From positions 31,389 through 95,388 of the forward strand of contig JBHLPW010000007.1 in the NCBI GenBank assembly GCA_048939015.1: a stretch of DNA of 64,000 nucleotides, given 5' to 3'. Shown here one piece after another: positions 57,219 through 64,000 of the stretch; the stretch's first letter is position 1, and the number at the start of each line of letters is the position of its first letter. The notes below the pieces were generated by a model, which was not told the origin of the DNA, made no database searches, and was given only the letters and a program-made list of their open reading frames with translations. Source of the stretch: Promethearchaeota archaeon. Its GTDB lineage: Archaea; Asgardarchaeota; Lokiarchaeia; Sigyniarchaeales; SOKP01. Both the position numbers and the translations under genes were made by a program.

Positions 57219-58058
57219 TTATTTAACTATAGCATAAGCATTTCCAAGAACTACAGCTCTATCTGTTCTTACTTGAATTATATAACGTCCATTATCTTTC
57301 CAACCCTCTGTTGTTAAAGTTTCGCCAGGATATACTTCACTAGTAAACCGTGCGTTAAATTCTTTAAATCGATCCACATTTCCATTACAAGCGCCATAAA
57401 TTATAGCACGTGTTGCAAAACCATATGTACATAATCCATGGAGAATTGGACCTTTAAATCTTCCACTTCTACTGGCAAATTCAGGATCTATATGTAAAGG
57501 ATTTAAATCACCGTTAAGTCTATATAAAGCAGCTTGATTTTCATTAGTTTTATAGGAAATACTAAAATCTGGTTCTTTTCCTTCAGGAGGATTTATGGGT
57601 TCAGTTTTAGGACCCGGATCCCCACCAAAACCTCCACCTTTCAAGTAAAAAAATACCCATTTAGTATCAAATAGAGATTCACCTCCAGTTTTCTGACCTG
57701 AAACCTTCATATGGATAACAGCAGCTTTTCCTTTATCAAATATATTCTCCACTTCTGCTTGACAAACTATTTCATCTGAAGTAGAAAAAGATTTATGGAG
57801 TTTAATTGATTGCTCACCATGGACAAAGTGTGAAAAAGAAATTTTACCAAGCCTTTGAAGCTGAAGACCTGCAGCTGCTACTATGCAAGCATAACTAGGA
57901 AAAACTTTCAATCCTCCAGAAACTCCTTCGTATAAGAACTGTAGCTCATCAACTTGAGCTCCAATCCCCAAAGCATACAATACTACATCTTTCCAATTAT
58001 ATTTAAAAGTTACTTCAGGGAATTCTTTTCCTACAACATCAAGATTTAATCCCGACAA
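57219..58058 (-). CDS. MaoC-like double hot-dog (R)-specific enoyl-CoA hydratase/dehydratase
   Basis: 279 aa. It has the hydratase-2 motif LYRLNGDLNPLHIDPEFA and an N-terminal pseudo-hot-dog (DVVLYALGIGA). TTG start; there is no in-frame ATG near the N-terminus. Confidence 0.8.
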   Translation of the reverse strand: MSGLNLDVVGKEFPEVTFKYNWKDVVLYALGIGAQVDELQFLYEGVSGGLKVFPSYACIVAAAGLQLQRLGKISFSHFVHGEQSIKLHKSFSTSDEIVCQAEVENIFDKGKAAVIHMKVSGQKTGGESLFDTKWVFFYLKGGGFGGDPGPKTEPINPPEGKEPDFSISYKTNENQAALYRLNGDLNPLHIDPEFASRSGRFKGPILHGLCTYGFATRAIIYGACNGNVDRFKEFNARFTSEVYPGETLTTEGWKDNGRYIIQVRTDRAVVLGNAYAIVK

Positions 58059-58318
58059 TATTTTATCATCTTCTATTAAATAATCTATTTCCTTTTATAT
58101 TGAATATTTAATGTAAAATAATATTTGACTATTTTTTTATTTGATATTTTAAAGAAATCCACTTCTTTTTAAGCATTCAACAAATCATTCAATTTTTCTT
58201 TTTAAAATATCTATATTTCCTAACCTAGTAATTTTCAATATAAATTTACTTCTGAATAAGAGAAAATTAAACATAAAATAAAAAAAATTTAAAATTAATT
58301 AGGTAAATTTTAGTATTT

Positions 58319-60568
58319 CTATATTATTTTCTTTCTTCTCATGAAAATATAAGCAATTCCGATAGATGCTAGTACTGAAGCAAATAGAACTAATCCAACT
58401 GAAAATCCTGGAATTCCTGGAGCAGTAGGACTATATTTCACTAAATCAAAATGCTGTACTAAAATCCAATGCCAAGCAGTGTCCCAATCCTTACTTACTG
58501 CACGTCCGGTTAAATCATTTCCTAAATAGAGCATTGGATATTGATAATTCTGAGCCCAATCTGCCAATTCACTATAATACTTCTGTTCTCCAGAAGCATT
58601 TTGGAACCATAGTTTTGCAATCAAACTATCACATGTAGCATTGTAACTAAAACCCATATTAGAACCTGCTTTATAGGGGAATGCATAGGGAGGTGAATTA
58701 TACATCGCTATGACTCCATATCCAGGAAATGGTTCCGCTTCATAAATACCCGTACTTTGATAATATGCTTGAATGAATCCAAGATCATCAATACGGCTGT
58801 GATAAGGTTTAATTGCAAATCCATCACAGGATAATAATGGAAGTTGACCGGCTAATATTGCAGGATATGTACCAATTGTATCTTCGGTAGCATCAATGGC
58901 ACATCCAATATCCTCAAGAGCAGATATCAACACCTGATAAGATTCAAGATGGGCTTGATCATAATGATCTTCAAATGTATAAATAGGATTAGAAGTTGCT
59001 ACAGCGTTCCAATCATCTGTTGTGCTAGTCAAACTACGATTTGCACAAACTAGACCCCAGACAGGATCATCTAGTAAGGTTTGTCGCGCTATCGTGAGAT
59101 CTCTAGTAGGTAAAGGTACAGAGGGGTCATAGTATTCGTGAGTAGCTGCCACTAATCCCCCAGAACGTACCACTCTACCATTGTATAATGCTAAGTATGT
59201 ATCGTAATCAAAAGCGTAAGAAAGCGCTTTCCTAAAGGCGCGATCAACACCATTAGTTGGCTTTAGAGTTCCATTTGCTTCTTTTATATTAGTTGAGGAC
59301 AAAATTCCAACAGCAGTTAAATTTAAGCCTATATCATACCAGTAACGTAAATATGTCTCATCAACGCAATTTAAAACAAGAACTTCACCGTAATTTTCCT
59401 GACCCATATCTATATAGTCCAAGTTAGAAGCGGTAGCTATATCACTATAACCAAGCGGTTCCCAGGAATGATCATAGGCAAAGTCAATATCACCTGTCAC
59501 CAATGCTGTTGTCCTTGCATTATATCCTGTTGTATCATGACTAAACGTAACTACTGCCACCTTTGGAAGCATATGCCACCCTTTAGCCTGTTGAGCTGAA
59601 GCGTTCCACCAATCATCAAACCTTGTCATAGTACCTTGGTCTAATGTGAAATTATCAAACATATAGGGACCTGTACCAATTAAATGTCCAGGGAAAGGTG
59701 ATGTCGCGTTATTTTGGGGAAACTTTGGAACATCTCCATATCCCATGATTGGAACATCAAAATAGTCCTTATAAGAATCCATGGAGATAAATTTTACCCA
59801 CGCATTCGATAAATATTGTGGACCGGTGCCCCAATCATTAAAATAGACTCTAACTGATCCTCCTGATTGCTTGTCATCAAGTATGGTTACATTTGTAAAT
59901 CGAGGGAATCTATTATAACCATATGGGACATCATATAAACTAGATGTTCCAAATCCAGGATAAACATTTAGATATCCATATGTATAAGGACCAGGGCCAC
60001 GTAGTTTAGTTACATTCCATGATGCAGTAGCATAATCATCCCAATCTCTATAATCCATCCAATAAAGCGGTCTATTAGCGGTCACAGCAGAATCAACTGT
60101 ACTACCTAGACAAAAATCGATATTTCCCAAGGTGTACATGAGCCTATCAAGATTCCATTTGCAAACTGTGGCGTTAAAATCAGAGCCATCGTGAAACTTA
60201 ACGTTTTCTCGGAGAACGATATCCATATAATCAACTCCACCATAATTCATAAAACCTTTAGCGTTCATTTCATCTGGTCGGGCATGTATTGTCCAACTGG
60301 TTGCAAGTAATGGTACTAAATTATTATAATCTCCGGATTCCGCACCATATGGTAATTCAAATAATCCTTCAAGAGCATTATACCTGAAATAATCGCCAGT
60401 AGTAGCTGCAAAACTTATACCATCCCAATTACCTATGGGGGCGGGTCCACAAGCTCCTACTGTAAAAGTGGGTATCGTACTTTGAGCTTTAACACTGAAA
60501 GGTATAAGTGGAAATAACATAGAAATAACAAATAGAGAAAAAATTAAACTTTTTGACCATTTTCTCAT
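58319..60568 (-). CDS. ABC transporter substrate-binding protein, family 5 (peptide/oligosaccharide type), with a C-terminal PGF-CTERM-like anchor
   Basis: 749 aa. It has a signal peptide (MRKWSKSLIFSLFVISMLFPLIPFSVKA) and a family-5 SBP-sized body. The protein ends in TAPGIPGFSVGLVLFASVLASIGIAYIFMRRKKII. Confidence 0.7.
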   Translation of the reverse strand: MRKWSKSLIFSLFVISMLFPLIPFSVKAQSTIPTFTVGACGPAPIGNWDGISFAATTGDYFRYNALEGLFELPYGAESGDYNNLVPLLATSWTIHARPDEMNAKGFMNYGGVDYMDIVLRENVKFHDGSDFNATVCKWNLDRLMYTLGNIDFCLGSTVDSAVTANRPLYWMDYRDWDDYATASWNVTKLRGPGPYTYGYLNVYPGFGTSSLYDVPYGYNRFPRFTNVTILDDKQSGGSVRVYFNDWGTGPQYLSNAWVKFISMDSYKDYFDVPIMGYGDVPKFPQNNATSPFPGHLIGTGPYMFDNFTLDQGTMTRFDDWWNASAQQAKGWHMLPKVAVVTFSHDTTGYNARTTALVTGDIDFAYDHSWEPLGYSDIATASNLDYIDMGQENYGEVLVLNCVDETYLRYWYDIGLNLTAVGILSSTNIKEANGTLKPTNGVDRAFRKALSYAFDYDTYLALYNGRVVRSGGLVAATHEYYDPSVPLPTRDLTIARQTLLDDPVWGLVCANRSLTSTTDDWNAVATSNPIYTFEDHYDQAHLESYQVLISALEDIGCAIDATEDTIGTYPAILAGQLPLLSCDGFAIKPYHSRIDDLGFIQAYYQSTGIYEAEPFPGYGVIAMYNSPPYAFPYKAGSNMGFSYNATCDSLIAKLWFQNASGEQKYYSELADWAQNYQYPMLYLGNDLTGRAVSKDWDTAWHWILVQHFDLVKYSPTAPGIPGFSVGLVLFASVLASIGIAYIFMRRKKII

Positions 60569-60755
60569 TTTAACTATTCGCCTTATTTTTCTTTAAATTA
60601 ATTTTTGATTTTTATGGTAAAATTTTTGTATCAAATTAATTTACGATGTAAATTTATTTAAAGCTTGTGTAATTATAAATTTAAACATTTGTGAAACTTA
60701 TACCAAATATCAACTTTAGAGTTAAATTTAAGGTTATAAACTCCGATTTAAGATA

Positions 60756-61292
60756 ATGTTGCAAGACAAAGAAAATCAAATCAGAAGTGACAATAACAAG
60801 AAAGGCAGTATAAAGATCGATCTTGGGCGCCAAGGTAGTGTTTTTATTGCATACACGATTGTATTACTAGGATATTATGGTCTTGTTGCTAACATCATTA
60901 TGATTGATGAGTGGATCTCTTTTACTGAACAAACTTGGATAAGTTTTACTGAAATGGAAAGAACGGTGTTATTTTGGACATATGAAGTATATGTAGATAC
61001 ATTCTTCTTGCCTTTGATATTATTATTTGTTACTTGTTTTTTATTAACGTATAAGGAAGAAATTTTTCACTATGGAATAAAAGCGTCAATCTGGCTTGTT
61101 CCTTTTATAATTATCGAAGCTTTTATTCTATATGCAATCATGTATGGTTTTAGCATAGAACCAATTATATTACAATTTGGAAATTGGAAGGGTTATTTAC
61201 ATATTTGTATCTTAATAGCAACCACATTATCTGGTGCTATATGTGGTATGAAAGTCAAACAATTAATTAAATCAAAAAGAAATATAGAATAA
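60756..61292 (+). CDS. Hypothetical membrane protein (178 aa, ~4 TM)
   Basis: ATG ORF divergent from the SBP gene and just upstream of the permease genes. It contains a small internal duplication, WISFTE-QT-WISFTE. Confidence 0.5.
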   Translation: MLQDKENQIRSDNNKKGSIKIDLGRQGSVFIAYTIVLLGYYGLVANIIMIDEWISFTEQTWISFTEMERTVLFWTYEVYVDTFFLPLILLFVTCFLLTYKEEIFHYGIKASIWLVPFIIIEAFILYAIMYGFSIEPIILQFGNWKGYLHICILIATTLSGAICGMKVKQLIKSKRNIE

Positions 61293-61333
61293 GAGAATTA
61301 TAAAGACGTTATTCTTTGGAAAAAGGGAAGAAA

Positions 61334-62398
61334 ATGGCTAAACAACCAAAAAATATGATAAAATATATCATCAAGCGGATATTAATGATGATTCCGATGT
61401 TGTTGCTTGTTCTAACTATTTCTTGGCTCTTATCCTATTTGATGGTCCAACAAAATTTAGTTAACCCTGTTGCCGGTAGATTGGGTAATACACTCGATCC
61501 TGATGTTATTGAAGCAGAATTACGGAGAATTGGATACCATGATCCTTGGTATATTCAACTTGCCATATATTTTAAGAATTTTTTTACTGGAAATTGGGGT
61601 TCTTCTTATATAATCATCCGGGATAAACCTGTAATAGATTTAATTTCGGAAATATTTCCAAGAACAATAGAATTAATGATAATCCCAATAATATTAAGTC
61701 CTATTATCGCAGTTAAACTTGGAATAGCTTCTGCAACCCATAGGGATAAAATAAAAGATGTAGGAGTTAGAATTATTGCAATCTTAGGGGCAGGATTCCC
61801 TGTCTTTTGGATTGCTGACATGCTCCAACGCTTTTTTGGTTATTATTTGAGTAATTTTACATATCAAAGTTTCGATATACCCGCTTTTTTTGCAAATTCA
61901 CCGGGATTAACAGCACCCCGATCTATAACAGGATTTCGAATAATCGATAGCATAATAGCTAATAATCAAATTTATTTGTGGGACACAATTGTACACTTAA
62001 TCATACCTGCTATTTGTATTACTTTTGTTTCACTAGCAAGTATGACAAGACAAACGCGATCCAGCATGTTGGACGTTTTGAATCAAGATTATATTAGAAC
62101 TGCTCGAGCTAAAGGCGTATTAGAAAAAGATGTTATAAATAAACACGCTATTCGCAACGCATTATTGCCTGTCAGTAATCTAATCGTTGGGGGTACCGCC
62201 ACAGCATTATTAGGCTCTTTTTTTGTTGAAATAGTGTTTAATTATAAAGGTTTTGGTTATTACATGGTTATTTCTATATTAACAGGAGATTACCTAGTCA
62301 CTCTTGGGCTCCTAGTATTTGCTACTATAATAATCCTCTCAGGAACTTTAGTAGCTGATATACTTTATACTATAATAGATCCACGAATTATTTTTTGA
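61334..62398 (+). CDS. ABC transporter permease (DppB/OppB-like)
   Basis: It has an N-terminal YIIKRILMMIPMLLLV helix and the EAA-type loop DYIRTARAKGVLEKDVINKHAIRNAL. ATG at 61334; the track starts at TTG 61316. Confidence 0.85.
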   Translation: MAKQPKNMIKYIIKRILMMIPMLLLVLTISWLLSYLMVQQNLVNPVAGRLGNTLDPDVIEAELRRIGYHDPWYIQLAIYFKNFFTGNWGSSYIIIRDKPVIDLISEIFPRTIELMIIPIILSPIIAVKLGIASATHRDKIKDVGVRIIAILGAGFPVFWIADMLQRFFGYYLSNFTYQSFDIPAFFANSPGLTAPRSITGFRIIDSIIANNQIYLWDTIVHLIIPAICITFVSLASMTRQTRSSMLDVLNQDYIRTARAKGVLEKDVINKHAIRNALLPVSNLIVGGTATALLGSFFVEIVFNYKGFGYYMVISILTGDYLVTLGLLVFATIIILSGTLVADILYTIIDPRIIF

Positions 62399-62410
62399 GA
62401 GAGGAGGTTG

Positions 62411-63418
62411 ATGAAAATTATAGAAAAAGCTTTAATAAAAGAAAATGTAGAAGAGCAGAGTTCATCAAAATCATTAAGAAAAATGAAATTTCTTCGCTTC
62501 TTAAAGTTTTACTTAATTCCTGGTTGGCGAGACCCTGAATTTTCAGCGCGAGAATATGAGATTGAACAAATAAAATCTAAAAGGAGATTGTTTCGACACC
62601 TTGTTAAGCCTCTAACAATAACTGGACTAATAATGATTTTATTTATTTCTGTATTAGCTATATTTGCACCTTGGTTTACTATCTATCCATTACAAGACTT
62701 AGTGATACCACATGTTCCACCTAATCCAGAGGTTTTTGCTCCTCCATCATCTGACCATCCGTTTGGGACAACATATAACGGATATGATGTTTTAGCTAGA
62801 ATTATTTGGGGGGCTAGAACTACAATTTTATCGTCGTTAATCCCCGTAACAATATCCATTGGTGGAGGTCTAGTTTTAGGCATTTTTTCTGCTTATTTCG
62901 GTGGGGCTTTTGACTATATCATGATGCGTTTTGTAGACTTATTCTATGCTTTTCCAACACTGATACTTATTGTCATAATTACTCCTATGCTTGGTACTGA
63001 TTTATTAACTACTCTTATTATTTACGGAGTTCTTTTTATACCATATAATATTAGGTTCATGCGATCACTTGTTTTTCAAGTAAAACAACTTGAATACATT
63101 CAAGCAGCGAAAGTAGGTGGTGCGCGGAAATTTATTGTTATGTTCAAACATATATTACCAAATGCAATATCCCCTATGTTAGTATCTTTTTTTGGAGGTG
63201 CTGCTATAGCAATAATAGGTTTAGCAGGTCTTGCATTTGTAGGATTTTCAGACAATACTGTAGCCAGTTGGGGGCTCGATATTTTATGGGCTCGAGGTCG
63301 CTATAGTAATATCAGTGCTGCTGTTTGGCCAGGAATATTTATTGGAATTGCTGCCATAGGATATATACTCGTTGGAGATGGATTTCGAGATGCATTAGAT
63401 CCACGATTAAAATTATAA
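62411..63418 (+). CDS. ABC transporter permease (DppC/OppC-like)
   Basis: It has HPFGTTYNGYDVLARIIWGAR and the EAA loop EYIQAAKVGGARKFIVMFKHILPNA. ATG at 62411. Confidence 0.85.
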   Translation: MKIIEKALIKENVEEQSSSKSLRKMKFLRFLKFYLIPGWRDPEFSAREYEIEQIKSKRRLFRHLVKPLTITGLIMILFISVLAIFAPWFTIYPLQDLVIPHVPPNPEVFAPPSSDHPFGTTYNGYDVLARIIWGARTTILSSLIPVTISIGGGLVLGIFSAYFGGAFDYIMMRFVDLFYAFPTLILIVIITPMLGTDLLTTLIIYGVLFIPYNIRFMRSLVFQVKQLEYIQAAKVGGARKFIVMFKHILPNAISPMLVSFFGGAAIAIIGLAGLAFVGFSDNTVASWGLDILWARGRYSNISAAVWPGIFIGIAAIGYILVGDGFRDALDPRLKL

Positions 63419-63458
63419 AAAAGAGGGATAAAAAGTTTTAAGTATAATATATCAAACT

Positions 63459-64000
63459 GTGTTTGGATTAAATTACGGAAAAGCATTAGTTGATTCACTT
63501 ATTATTGTATTAGTTTTATATTTAATTTCAAACATTATCAATAATCAAATTCCTGAGGATCAGCAGGTCTCAAAGAAATTATTTAAGAGAAAGTCAGGAA
63601 TAATATGTATTATTTTATTAGGCATTATCTTTGGCGTTAAATGTCTTTTTGAAACTTTATGGCTTTTTAATTCTATATTTTTAGCTTTCAATAATAATGC
63701 TGTATCATTCGCAATTATAACTACAATCTTTTATTTTCTATATAGGAGATTAATAGAAAAGGATGGTCAATTTATTAAAATATTTAAAATTTTTATTGTA
63801 ATAACTTGGATAATTGCGATAATATTTATTTCAATTCCGCTCTTAGGACTTGAAAGACTTCAAGGGGAAGAACCAGTATTAATTGATATTTTTTACCTTG
63901 GATTTATATGGGCAGGTTTTATTATTGCATTTGATATTCTTGTAACAAATCTTATTAATAAAATTCGTCCAATTGAGACGCGAATTCCTAAAATACCTTT
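63459..64000 (+). CDS. Hypothetical membrane protein, 5' part only (open to the right window edge)
   Basis: My own translation from GTG 63459 gives an uninterrupted 180-codon frame, VFGLNYGKALVDSLIIVLVLYLISN...WIIAIIFISIPLLG...FIWAGFIIAFDILV, with several hydrophobic helices. It is not in the ORF track, presumably because no stop is reached. The start codon is uncertain. Confidence 0.4.
   Translation, partial: MFGLNYGKALVDSLIIVLVLYLISNIINNQIPEDQQVSKKLFKRKSGIICIILLGIIFGVKCLFETLWLFNSIFLAFNNNAVSFAIITTIFYFLYRRLIEKDGQFIKIFKIFIVITWIIAIIFISIPLLGLERLQGEEPVLIDIFYLGFIWAGFIIAFDILVTNLINKIRPIETRIPKIP

Noticed and set aside
60900-60960. The short internal duplication WISFTE-QT-WISFTE in the 178-aa membrane protein, read as a slippage or assembly artefact.
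   Set aside because: The two DNA copies differ at synonymous positions (tggatctcttttactgaa versus tggataagttttactgaa), so this is not a simple recent slippage. It is too small to interpret further.
1-64000. tRNA, rRNA or other structured RNA genes, CRISPR arrays, and integrases, transposases or prophage genes.
   Set aside because: I scanned all intergenic spacers by eye for GC-rich cloverleaf-sized islands and for regularly spaced direct repeats and found none. No ORF shows integrase, transposase or Cas motifs. The only DNA-level direct repeat of note is AAAATTGAAT x2 at 11681-11700.

Overview
This is a visibly AT-rich, tightly packed chromosomal segment with about 50 protein-coding genes on both strands. 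I found no rRNA, tRNA, CRISPR array or recognisable mobile element. The gene content looks archaeal: multi-subunit 2-oxoacid:ferredoxin oxidoreductases (OFORs), an HdrA-MvhD fusion, an ADP-forming acyl-CoA synthetase alpha subunit, a DUF35 protein, an eIF-2B-family protein, a PGF-CTERM-like anchor, TTTATATA promoters and oligo-T terminators. An Asgard/Lokiarchaeia-like anaerobic fermenter is my guess from the composition and the HEAT/LRR protein, but that is inference only.

Modules from left to right:
- A sugar-utilisation cluster: isomerase-like protein, GPH symporter, alpha/beta hydrolase, DUF2961/GH172-like protein.
- An ECF transporter (S, T and fused A-A components) next to a YjbQ protein.
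- Scattered acyl-CoA metabolism: crotonase, FabK/NMO-like reductases, acyl-CoA dehydrogenase, 4-hydroxybutyryl-CoA dehydratase, acyl-CoA ligase, MaoC dehydratase.
- An MBL/sulfatase-like protein, an esterase and a second GPH transporter.
- OFOR operon 1 (gamma-delta fusion, alpha, beta).
- An eIF-2B-like protein and a membrane M28 peptidase.
- Two secreted proteases: one HExxH metalloprotease and one S8 subtilase.
- OFOR operon 2 (gamma, delta, alpha, beta) coupled to HdrA-MvhD.
- A HEAT-LRR protein, a TPP enzyme, a Zn-dependent alcohol dehydrogenase, CTP synthase and a GH2 beta-mannosidase.
- A 950-aa repeat protein.
- A cytoplasmic molybdopterin oxidoreductase island.
- A family-5 ABC uptake locus.

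Most unusual observations:
1. The beta (TPP-binding) subunit of OFOR operon 1 is cleanly circularly permuted. The new termini fall inside the GDG...N Mg-TPP motif.
2. The two unrelated secreted proteases share a roughly 185-bp upstream promoter/leader. It contains a conserved 7-codon uORF (MTFW[R/P]CS). Both proteins also end in Trp/His-rich tails (WHHFWHHH and WHYWHWHHHHHGPHCRC).
3. A 950-aa all-helical orphan protein begins with three tandem repeats of about 148 aa.
4. An OFOR operon is translationally coupled to an HdrA-MvhD fusion, with no HdrBC in the window.
5. An M28 peptidase has its catalytic domain interrupted by two transmembrane hairpins.
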